Positions 1 to 6,036 of a DNA stretch of 6,545 bases are shown here, one piece after another. The notes beneath the pieces were generated by a model that searched no databases, had not been told where the DNA came from, and worked only from the letters and a program-made list of their open reading frames with translations. Positions within the stretch are counted from its first letter, which is position 1. Every line of letters starts with the position of its first letter. A program made the translations under genes and the position numbers. Source of the stretch: a virus (Duplodnaviria > Heunggongvirae > Uroviricota > Caudoviricetes); the IMG/VR virus record IMGVR_UViG_2585427789_000011; one strand, given 5' to 3'.

Positions 1-272
1 GACAGCAGGCTCATAAGACGCCCCAGCGTCGCCATAGTGCGTTCACCGAATACGTGCGCAACAACCGTCTTCCGGAGACTGTCATACGCGTAAAACAGCC
101 AGCGCTGGCGCGATTTAGCCCCGACATAGCCCCACTGTTCGTCCATTTCCGCGCAGACGATGACGTCACTGCCCGGCTGTATGCGCGAGGTTACCGACTG
201 CGGCCTGAGTTTTTTAAGTGACGTAAAATCGTGTTGAGGCCAACGCCCATAATGCGGGCAGTTGCCCGGCAT
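1..272 (-). CDS. insB: IS1 transposase InsB, N-terminal 90 codons only (3' end outside window)
   Basis: ATG at 272-270 (minus); translation [91 protein letters not shown] matches recalled InsB; overlaps the insA 3' end in another frame, as expected for the IS1 InsAB' frameshift arrangement. Confidence 0.85.
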
Positions 273-466
273 CCAACGCCATTCATGGCCATATCAATGA
301 TTTTCTGGTGCGTACCGGGTTGAGAAGCGGTGTAAGTGAACTGCAGTTGCCATGTTTTACGGCAGTGAGAGCAGAGATAGCGCTGATGTCCGGCGGTGCT
401 TTTGCCGTTACGCACCACCCCGTCAGTAGCTGAACAGGAGGGACAGCTGATAGAAACAGAAGCCAC
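191..466 (-). CDS. insA: IS1 InsA (transposition regulator and N-terminal part of the InsAB' transposase)
   Basis: 91-aa ORF in the track: [40 protein letters not shown]...LKNSGRSR, matching recalled IS1 InsA with its N-terminal zinc-finger cysteines. Confidence 0.95.
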
Positions 467-498
467 TGGAGCACCTCAAAAACACCATCATACACTAA

Positions 499-521
499 AT
501 CAGTAAGTTGGCAGCATCACC
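499..521. repeat. IS1 terminal inverted repeat (insA-proximal end)
   Basis: 23 bp whose reverse complement is GGTGATGCTGCCAACTTACTGAT; sits 33 bp beyond the insA start, consistent with IS1 geometry. Confidence 0.8.
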
Positions 522-569
522 CGGCGAGTAAGTAGTACGCATCTTACCTCTTTTTTAGAGATAACCATT

Positions 570-680
570 ATGACAATAGAAAAACACGAAAGAAGCACTA
601 AGGATTTGGTGAAAGCAGCAGTATCGGGATGGCTGGGCACTGCGCTTGAATTTATGGATTTCAAGAGTCATGCGTGTTAA
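570..680 (+). pseudogene. ydfJ: 5' fragment (36 codons) of an MFS metabolite:H+ symporter gene, probably the ydfJ-type host target disrupted by prophage integration
   Basis: ATG 570-572; translation MTIEKHERSTKDLVKAAVSGWLGTALEFMDFKSHAC* carries the LGxALEF/WxDF motif typical of ProP/KgtP-family transporter N-termini, then ends after MDF about 20 bp before the integrase stop. I recall that Qin of K-12 interrupts ydfJ; the symbol is by recall and position only. Confidence 0.45.
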
Positions 681-700
681 CTATTTGATAAATATTAAAT
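640..700. other. Candidate attL junction (host/prophage boundary); the exact core cannot be defined without the attR or attB copy
   Basis: Transporter reading frame breaks after ...ALEFMDF around 660-665; integrase stop codon at 700-702. Inference from gene arrangement. Confidence 0.3.
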
Positions 701-1980
701 TAATTTTTCATTGCTTCGTTATGGGGCATGGTTGGGGCAAACTCGCTTAACTGTGTATTTAACAAAGCTACCTGTGCATTATTGTTTTCAGACATCCATT
801 TTCCGTATACCTTAAATACCATTTGCGCATCTGCATGGCCCATCTGGTTTGCTATAAATGCCGGGTTAGCACCAGCTGTCAGCGACCAGCAGGCATAAGT
901 ATGTCTCGACTGATATGATTTTCGATGGCGGAGTCCGGCACGTTTTATCGCTGCGTCCCACATCTGCCTTATTGAGTCAACGGTAAAATGGTCACCATAA
1001 TTTTTTACTCTCGCTGACACTTCAGGTTGAAAAACAAAGGTGCATTTTTGTTTTTCTGTTCTGCCATACTCTCTGAGGTGAACATCAATGATATGCTCTT
1101 TGCTCAGTCTCGTTAATGTCATCTGACTCCGGAGAGCGTCGATTGCTGGCTTAATAAGATGAATGACCCGATTGGTTCCCGCCTGTGTTTTTGGTACCGT
1201 GAAACGGTCTTTTGCTAAATTTCTCCTGATCATCATTGTTCCATTTTTCAGATCTATGTCCTCCCATCCAAGTGCACACAGCTCACCAGGGCGAACGCCA
1301 GTATAAACAGAAACACACCATAAATTTTTTGCTTGCTGATTTCTGCACGCATCGATAAGACGGATAAATTCCTCCCGCGAAAGAGGATCCGGAATGGTTC
1401 TTGATTCCTTTAATGGCGAGATCCCCTTAAACGGATTATCTGGCAGGTAACCGTTATCAACACCAAACTGGAACACGGCGTTAAGATTTGTCATGTAATT
1501 ATTTACAGTTACAGCCGATCTCCCTGGTTGTGTAACAATATAGTTACTTTTGGGGATCTGGTATCCAGTCAGTAGCTCTTTACGAACCTCCAGTAATTTT
1601 TCTTTATTAATCGATGAGGCAAGATTTTTTTCACCGATTATGCTCAGGATATTTTTGATGACGGCACGGTATGTGTTGAGTGATGTTTTGGCGACTTCAG
1701 TTTCTTTCAGTGCCAGAAATTTTTCAGCCAGTTCTTTTATGGTTAAATCTTGTCGGGCCTCACCAAATTTTTCCAGATTGCGTGAGGAGGGAAACTGTTT
1801 TGCATAGTCGAAAACACCAGTTTTTATTGCGTAACAAACAGAGGAGCGTAGTTCACCTGCAACGCGCCTGTTTTTTGCTGTGTCAGGAACCCCCAGATTT
1901 TCCCTGACTCTTACGCCTTTATAAACAAACCAGATACGTAATTTCCCTCCATGGTTTTCCACGCCTGTCGGATATTTCAT
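700..1980 (-). CDS. int: Phage tyrosine integrase (site-specific recombinase), Rac/Qin IntR-like
   Basis: ORF 700-1995. Translation has tyrosine-recombinase hallmarks: VYTGVRPGELCALGWEDID (box I Arg), RHTYACWSL (H-x-x-R) and a C-terminal MVFKVYGKWM tyrosine. The N-terminus MKYPTGVENHGGKLRIWF resembles recalled IntR-type N-termini, so I place the start at the ATG at 1980-1978; the ATG at 1995 is an alternative 5 codons upstream. Confidence 0.9.
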   Translation of the reverse strand: MKYPTGVENHGGKLRIWFVYKGVRVRENLGVPDTAKNRRVAGELRSSVCYAIKTGVFDYAKQFPSSRNLEKFGEARQDLTIKELAEKFLALKETEVAKTSLNTYRAVIKNILSIIGEKNLASSINKEKLLEVRKELLTGYQIPKSNYIVTQPGRSAVTVNNYMTNLNAVFQFGVDNGYLPDNPFKGISPLKESRTIPDPLSREEFIRLIDACRNQQAKNLWCVSVYTGVRPGELCALGWEDIDLKNGTMMIRRNLAKDRFTVPKTQAGTNRVIHLIKPAIDALRSQMTLTRLSKEHIIDVHLREYGRTEKQKCTFVFQPEVSARVKNYGDHFTVDSIRQMWDAAIKRAGLRHRKSYQSRHTYACWSLTAGANPAFIANQMGHADAQMVFKVYGKWMSENNNAQVALLNTQLSEFAPTMPHNEAMKN

Positions 1981-2014
1981 TTCAACTTCTCTCATTAGTT
2001 AGTGTGGCTTTTAG

Positions 2015-2266
2015 TCAAGTAAGATGACGTCTTGGTCTCGCTGATGCCTGGCGCTCAATCCAGCGATCAATTTCTTCCAGGTTGTAAAAGCATGGACTGT
2101 TATCCCATGGCATACCGTCATGAGCGACATGCTTATATTCCCTTCCTTCCATAAACGATTTTTCCCGGGCCTTTTTTAACGTACCTTTTTTTATACCTTT
2201 CAGCGCAATTAACTGCTCTTCGGATACCCATTTGCCGGGAGAGACAATCATGATTACTTCGCTCAT
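2015..2266 (-). CDS. xis: Excisionase-like / phage transcriptional regulator (Xis, AlpA-like)
   Basis: 83-aa ORF directly upstream of int, stop 19 nt before the int ORF. Pattern ...SPGKWVSEEQLIALKGIKKGTLKKAREKSFMEGREYKHVAHDGMPWDNSPCFYNLEEIDRWIE resembles the recalled Rac excisionase-like YdaQ/XisR. Alternative start at the ATG at 2251. Confidence 0.65.
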   Translation of the reverse strand: MSEVIMIVSPGKWVSEEQLIALKGIKKGTLKKAREKSFMEGREYKHVAHDGMPWDNSPCFYNLEEIDRWIERQASARPRRHLT

Positions 2267-2338
2267 CGATTTCTTTATCTCTTACATCAGACGAGCGCCG
2301 GTTGCAGAATACCAGTCACAACCGGCGACAGTTGAACA

Positions 2339-3418
2339 TTAAGAATCAGCCTGACTCGGGATCAGTTTTTGCCAGATAACTGAAACGTATTTTGCCTGGT
2401 AACGGGCGTCATCAAGTGCATTATGGCGCTCACCTTCGAATGGAATAGCCGTTCTGGCATCGAAGTCTATGGCTTTCCCCAGCTCAACGATTGTGCGTAC
2501 ATCGCGATCGTTGTAGTAACGCCACGGGCAGGGGATCCCCTGCCGTTCGTATGAACGGCGCAAAATCGTGTTGTCGAAGTTGGCTCCATTTCCCCAAACC
2601 TGAACAAAAAATTCACCGGAGTTTTCGTCGATAAATTCCCGCAATTGTAACAGTGCATCATCTAACGGGATTTCATCGGTCATAATGGCAGATTGCGCTT
2701 CGCGTGATTGCTTAAGCCACCATTTAATGGTGTCCCGATCAATGACTCCGCCAGCAGTTTCCAGATCGATAGTCTTACTAAATTCCGGTCCCATATCTCC
2801 GGTTTGCGGATCGAAAAATATTGCACCTATTGAGATGATCGGGGCATCAGGATTTTTTCCCATGGTTTCAAGGTCGATCATTAGATGGTCACACGTCCTG
2901 CTGGTGGATGTGATTTCGTGATGACCGTTCACCTTAATTGAGTGATCTGCCGTCTCGCCAGTTTCATTATCGCTATTGTGATGCTGATTGCCGCCAGTGT
3001 TCTCCTTGTGTGGATGTTCAGCGCCTTCCATTTCCTCCGGATCATCTTCCTGAACTTCAACCTGATACTCTTCATCGAATGTTTCTTGGTATGTTGCGTC
3101 GCCCATCACCGCGCCACAATCAGGGCAGTTGCCGCCGCCGGTCTGACCGCAGGCGGTGCAGACTTTTTCCACTTCCTGTTGCACCACTGGTTCAGGCTGT
3201 TTCGTTTCTGGCTCGTTTTGTAACGCATTTGGGCTGTTTTGTTCCGCTTTCTGGTAGTTCCGTTCCGATTCATGCTGGTTCTGGTTCACAGAATCGCGGG
3301 TCTGGATCCCCTTAACCCATTTCGGATCATTCGGGTCACTAATCCCTTCAACAAATTCACCACGTGATGCAGCAAGCAACTTATCGGCGTCAGGCTGGCT
3401 GATATTGGCTGCCTGCAT
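2339..3418 (-). CDS. DnaQ-like DEDDh 3'-5' exonuclease-domain protein with an acidic, Cys-containing N-terminal region; 5' boundary uncertain
   Basis: C-terminal 190 aa carry Exo I (MIDLETMG), Exo II ([12 protein letters not shown]) and Exo III ([13 protein letters not shown]) motifs. N-terminal half is Q/E/D-rich with a [16 protein letters not shown] zinc-ribbon-like cluster. The track ORF extends to 3652, but the first 78 codons overlap the upstream gene and look non-coding; the ATG at 3418-3416 is the first start downstream of the upstream gene's stop, with a weak SD. Confidence 0.7.
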   Translation of the reverse strand: MQAANISQPDADKLLAASRGEFVEGISDPNDPKWVKGIQTRDSVNQNQHESERNYQKAEQNSPNALQNEPETKQPEPVVQQEVEKVCTACGQTGGGNCPDCGAVMGDATYQETFDEEYQVEVQEDDPEEMEGAEHPHKENTGGNQHHNSDNETGETADHSIKVNGHHEITSTSRTCDHLMIDLETMGKNPDAPIISIGAIFFDPQTGDMGPEFSKTIDLETAGGVIDRDTIKWWLKQSREAQSAIMTDEIPLDDALLQLREFIDENSGEFFVQVWGNGANFDNTILRRSYERQGIPCPWRYYNDRDVRTIVELGKAIDFDARTAIPFEGERHNALDDARYQAKYVSVIWQKLIPSQADS

Positions 3419-3434
3419 AATTTTGTTTACTTCG

Positions 3435-3779
3435 TCAGCGGTAACTTTTACCGGCTCTGGCTGTGCGGTCTTCAGAGGCACCAACATTTTGCGGTAAACC
3501 CGAGTATGTACCATTTTTGCGGGCAAAATATTCTTCTTTCGTGATTTCAGTAGCCCCAGCAGCCAGCGCCTTATCCAGACCAGAAAGTTTGTTTGCGCGA
3601 CCGTATTTTTCGCCATCCTTATCGGCGAAGAGGAAATAGAACGGCCCCTCACGCTCTACAGATGGTTCAACTTCCACCGCGCATTCAGTTTTTGCGATAT
3701 CAGATACCCGTTTCCACTGCATCAGTTTCTGGTACTGACGACGAGAGAACATCAACAGCGCCCAGATCTCTTCCTTCAT
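3435..3779 (-). CDS. Hypothetical protein (114 aa from the ATG at 3779; the track ORF begins at a GTG at 3788)
   Basis: ORF 3435-3788, translation ...[90 protein letters not shown]... with balanced composition. Its 3' part overlaps the long exonuclease-frame ORF. No recognisable family. Confidence 0.5.
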   Translation of the reverse strand: MKEEIWALLMFSRRQYQKLMQWKRVSDIAKTECAVEVEPSVEREGPFYFLFADKDGEKYGRANKLSGLDKALAAGATEITKEEYFARKNGTYSGLPQNVGASEDRTARAGKSYR

Positions 3780-3799
3780 CTCAAACACGCCCTTTGTAG

Positions 3800-4804
3800 T
3801 CAGGTATTCGCAATATATTTGTTCAGTGCCACAGGATCTTTGTGAATGTCGATCGGACGCTCACGGACAAGGCCAAAAATAGTCTGGCGGTCGTAGCGAA
3901 GGGCATCAGGCTGTTTGCGCATCGATGCCGAGATACGCTTCCAGTCTTCGCGGTCGTTGTCGATAACTTCATTTTTTGCCCAGCGATGGATGCTGCCGTC
4001 AATGTTTCCGGCATCCACATCACCAGGCCAGAGAGCGTAGGCCAGTTCGTCATCCAGTGTTTTCCATGTCTGCTTGTATTCGCGATGAATGGCAGCAATG
4101 ACCGGGCTGATTTTTCCTGTTGAATTTTCAGTGTACTGTTGATTGGCTCTGGCGCGGGCGAGATCAACAACAGACGTGTATTTTCCGGTTTCCTTGCGTT
4201 CACCTTCGCGACGTTTTTTCCAGATGCGCATCTCTGCCTGAATTTCGGGCCATTTGGCACTAGGAATACATTTATGCTTAACCCACCCGATGGCATGCAG
4301 CTTAAGCTCCGGATACATGGCGTTAACTTCTGGCATTTTCATCAACGCTTCAACGATATGTCCGTCGAATGTTGCCATGTCTTCCTGCAACAATTCCTGC
4401 GCGCTAATCACCATATCAACGGTGATGTTTTCACATGTACCGAACTTAACCAGGACCGCGTTCTGTACTTCAAGGGACAGCTTGTCAAAATTGACGATCA
4501 TCGGATCGGATTCTGGTTCGACCGGGACAAAGGAAGCGCCTTCCTCATCCCAGCGGTTTTCCAGCATATATTCGGTATCCCAGGAGTCGATGGCAGGGCG
4601 GGGCATGCCGGGTTTATCCTCGCAGACAAGAAATTTATAAGCGCAGTCCTGAGCAGCCGGATATTGCTCCAGGAATTGCCAGGTAAATTTGGCACGGGCG
4701 CGACGTTCGTCGCCGGCTTCAATGGCAGTGGCTACAGCGACTGCACCTTCTTCCTTTATTGCCTGTTCGTCCGGAATGGCGGCGCAAATAAAGACTTTAC
4801 TCAT
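3800..4804 (-). CDS. Hypothetical prophage protein, 334 aa (sits where ydfE lies relative to ydfD/dicB in K-12 Qin, by recall)
   Basis: Long ORF with protein-like composition (MSKVFICAAIPDEQAIKEEG...), GAGG about 11 nt upstream of the ATG, same strand and tight spacing with flanking genes. The antisense 230-aa ORF is F/H/C-rich and looks spurious. No motif recognised by eye. Confidence 0.7.
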   Translation of the reverse strand: MSKVFICAAIPDEQAIKEEGAVAVATAIEAGDERRARAKFTWQFLEQYPAAQDCAYKFLVCEDKPGMPRPAIDSWDTEYMLENRWDEEGASFVPVEPESDPMIVNFDKLSLEVQNAVLVKFGTCENITVDMVISAQELLQEDMATFDGHIVEALMKMPEVNAMYPELKLHAIGWVKHKCIPSAKWPEIQAEMRIWKKRREGERKETGKYTSVVDLARARANQQYTENSTGKISPVIAAIHREYKQTWKTLDDELAYALWPGDVDAGNIDGSIHRWAKNEVIDNDREDWKRISASMRKQPDALRYDRQTIFGLVRERPIDIHKDPVALNKYIANT

Positions 4805-4884
4805 TTTGTTTTAACCTCATTACAGATTTAAGGGTGAACAAATCCCTGCCATTGCTGGCATATAAAAATGAAACCGGATATTAA

Positions 4885-5088
4885 TTACGGTGCTGTTTTA
4901 AGTCCTGCCGGGATTTCGTTATTATCCATGTGAATAACTTTATCGACCGGATAACAGTTACCGGGAATTTTCTGTTCCGCTGCGGCAACCATGCATTCTT
5001 TCATTGAGCCGTATACGCCAGTAACCATGTCAACCGGTTCACCGGAAACAAGAAAAACCGTCAGAACAAGTGCAAATGTAGTATTCAT
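4885..5088 (-). CDS. ydfD: YdfD-like small membrane protein (prophage lysis-type protein), 67 aa
   Basis: Translation MNTTFALVLTVFLVSGEPVDMVTGVYGSMKECMVAAAEQKIPGNCYPVDKVIHMDNNEIPAGLKTAP has an N-terminal hydrophobic segment. Start ATG 5088-5086 overlaps the dicB TGA stop (ATGA), with AAGGA 8 nt upstream. Identity by position immediately downstream of dicB and recalled Qin gene order. Confidence 0.65.
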   Translation of the reverse strand: MNTTFALVLTVFLVSGEPVDMVTGVYGSMKECMVAAAEQKIPGNCYPVDKVIHMDNNEIPAGLKTAP

Positions 5089-5273
5089 TGCCAGCATCCT
5101 TTTTGCATCAGGCGTAAACGGGCCAGCATTGAAACAATGCATATTTTATTTAATAGCTCCCGTTCTTGTTTTCTCTTGTTAATGGCATCTTCAGTAAATA
5201 CTGGGTTACTGATAGTGACACCAATTTCAAAACAACCTTCAGACGTATTAACGTTTGGTAATAACGTTTCCAT
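5085..5273 (-). CDS. dicB: Cell-division inhibitor DicB (activates MinC-dependent inhibition of FtsZ), 62 aa
   Basis: From the ATG at 5273: METLLPNVNTSEGCFEIGVTISNPVFTEDAINKRKQERELLNKICIVSMLARLRLMQKGCWQ, near-identical to recalled K-12 DicB (MKTLLPNVNTSEGCFEIGV...). GAGGA SD at 5281-5285, 7 nt upstream. The track's longer ORF (to 5345) is an in-frame upstream extension without an RBS. Confidence 0.85.
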   Translation of the reverse strand: METLLPNVNTSEGCFEIGVTISNPVFTEDAINKRKQERELLNKICIVSMLARLRLMQKGCWQ

Positions 5274-5290
5274 TATCGCGTCCTCAACAA

Positions 5291-5446
5291 TGAATTTTGT
5301 GATGCGGCGCCTGGTGCCTCCAGGTGACGTTAACCAGTAAACCATTAACGCCGGATTGTTAGTTGATGTCTGTTACGCAAGTAAAAGACCGCTTGTTTTA
5401 ACTGTTCCGCGTGCGCTGAGCCGCATTCACCGCATCACAAAATTCA
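5291..5446 (-). promoter_or_regulatory. 17-bp perfect long-range inverted repeat in the dicF-dicB spacer; candidate RNase III processing duplex or translational control structure in the dicB 5' UTR
   Basis: Plus 5291-5307 (TGAATTTTGTGATGCGG) is the exact reverse complement of plus 5430-5446 (CCGCATCACAAAATTCA). One arm abuts the DicF terminator, the other lies 6 nt upstream of the dicB SD. A 17-mer repeat is not expected by chance in 6.5 kb. Confidence 0.45.
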
Positions 5447-5450
5447 CTTT

Positions 5451-5493
5451 AAAAGGGGCGGGTATCACGGGAAAAACAAAACGAATACCCGCC
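5451..5493 (-). terminator. Intrinsic terminator forming the DicF 3' end
   Basis: 9-bp stem GGCGGGTAT (5457-5465) / ATACCCGCC (5485-5493) with a 19-nt loop, followed on the minus strand by CC-UUUU. Confidence 0.55.
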
Positions 5494-5509
5494 AAAAGGT
5501 AATCAACAT
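5451..5509 (-). ncRNA. dicF: DicF-like small regulatory RNA (Hfq-dependent inhibitor of ftsZ and other targets in K-12), variant sequence
   Basis: Minus-strand sequence CAUGUUGAUUACCUUUUGGCGGGUAUUCGUUUUGUUUUUCCCGUGAUACCCGCCCCUUUU lies about 180 nt upstream of dicB, matching the recalled K-12 dicF-dicB spacing of about 185 nt. It shares the UUUGGCGG...GUUUU...CCGUGA...GCCGCCC-UUUU pattern with recalled K-12 DicF. The 5' end is set by analogy, not determined. Confidence 0.6.
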
Positions 5510-5790
5510 GGGTTGTTGTAGCGGAGTTGTCACTCAGGCGTATGGTCAACCTGACAACCCGGTGTCCTCAACGGGGAAGGAATAACCCCGCCATACTTAC
5601 CGCCGCGCCATTTCGCGGAGTGCCACAACCGGAAGCGCACGGTCGACGAAAATTTAACGACAGGCTATCTATGAACCAGCAACCTCGCCGTGCGCTTTCG
5701 CGTTATGCTCTGACTTTTCAGAGAAATATCCTTTCAGTAAACTGTCAGTGCCGGATGTTCACCCGTGGAGAACTCCTTAATTACCAACCC
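5509..5790. other. G+C-rich, hairpin-dense non-coding segment (candidate structured RNA or regulatory/recombination region); strand unknown
   Basis: About 60% G+C by hand count over 5521-5640, against AT-rich flanks. Perfect stems at 5526-5532/5552-5558 (7 bp), 5572-5576/5586-5590 (5 bp), 5603-5607/5614-5618 (5 bp) and 5633-5642/5688-5697 (10 bp, 45-nt spacer). No minus-strand ORF longer than about 15 codons; the only plus-strand ORF is Arg-rich with rare Arg codons. Confidence 0.4.
5715..5743 (+). promoter_or_regulatory. Weak candidate sigma70 promoter for the 77-aa gene
   Basis: TTTTCA (5715-5720), 17-bp spacer, TAAACT (5738-5743); 4/6 match to each consensus hexamer. Flanked by short repeats CTGAC/GTCAG and CTTTTCAG/CTTTCAG. 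By-eye call only. Confidence 0.2.
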
Positions 5791-5802
5791 TCAGGAGGGT
5801 GA

Positions 5803-6036
5803 ATGTTAAAATCAACTCTTATTGCTAAATGCCTTTATCAAAATCGCATGGTAAGCAGCATTTCAATAGGCGAGTCTGCAGTTAAAAGTATTTTCGAAGA
5901 GTACTTTTCCGGGCATGATTTTAATAAATGGAATACCAAATTACCGCCAGCAGTTTCAACGCGTATTCTGAAAGCAACTGAAAGAGCAAGTACAATTCGC
6001 GTTAACTATTTCATTAAAGATTTGTGGGATCTTTGA
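5803..6036 (+). CDS. Hypothetical small protein, 77 aa, transcribed opposite to the dicB operon
   Basis: ATG 5803 preceded by AGGAGG (5793-5798, 4-nt spacer); AT-rich coding sequence MLKSTLIAKCLYQNRMVSSISIGESAVKSIFEEYFSGHDFNKWNTKLPPAVSTRILKATERASTIRVNYFIKDLWDL; no similarity recognised. Confidence 0.55.
   Translation: MLKSTLIAKCLYQNRMVSSISIGESAVKSIFEEYFSGHDFNKWNTKLPPAVSTRILKATERASTIRVNYFIKDLWDL

Larger units (their letters stand above)
1..521 (-). mobile_element. IS1 insertion sequence, partial (about 521 of 768 bp); the other end lies beyond the window start
   Basis: insA translation (191-466) matches the IS1 InsA sequence I recall over all 91 aa; minus-strand translation from 272 downward matches the recalled InsB N-terminus ([25 protein letters not shown]...); reverse complement of 499-521 is GGTGATGCTGCCAACTTACTGAT, the IS1 terminal inverted repeat. 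Confidence 0.9.

Noticed and set aside
283-495. 70-aa minus-strand ORF overlapping insA
   Set aside because: Alternate frame within IS1 insA with no known IS1 product; spurious.
1550-1907. 85-aa and 75-aa plus-strand ORFs inside the integrase gene
   Set aside because: Antisense to a gene with strong recombinase motifs; no RBS; spurious.
2685-3315. Plus-strand ORFs (78, 93, 125 aa) and the 64-aa minus alternate-frame ORF inside the exonuclease gene
   Set aside because: Antisense or alternate-frame shadows of a gene with clear DEDDh motifs; compositions are atypical (Cys/Arg/Phe-rich).
3419-3652. N-terminal 78 codons of the track's 437-aa exonuclease ORF
   Set aside because: The start of this extension ([35 protein letters not shown]...) looks non-coding and it overlaps the upstream gene; treated as an open-frame artefact, though a real frameshift is flagged as a finding.
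4139-4831. 230-aa and 128-aa plus-strand ORFs antisense to the 334-aa gene, plus the 157-aa alternate-frame minus ORF (3823-4296)
   Set aside because: F/H/C/S-rich junk-like composition and no RBS; they are shadow frames of the better-supported minus-strand gene.
5274-5345. Upstream in-frame extension of dicB (86-aa track ORF) and the antisense 67-aa and 63-aa plus-strand ORFs over dicB/ydfD
   Set aside because: DicB is 62 aa by recall, with a GAGGA SD placed for the ATG at 5273; the extension has no RBS and would cover the 5' UTR stem; the plus-strand ORFs are antisense shadows.
5509-5790. tRNA, retron msr/msd, type III antitoxin repeats or CRISPR array in the G+C-rich island
   Set aside because: No T-loop-like GTTCRANYC with flanking complementary stem, no tandem direct repeats, and no reverse transcriptase or cas gene nearby.
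5527-5802. 91-aa plus-strand ORF (TTG start) spanning the G+C-rich island and ending in TGA immediately before the 77-aa gene's ATG
   Set aside because: Arg/Pro-rich low-complexity translation with many rare Arg codons (AGG, CGA, CGG, AGA), no RBS, and it coincides with the hairpin-dense region. More likely non-coding structure than a gene.
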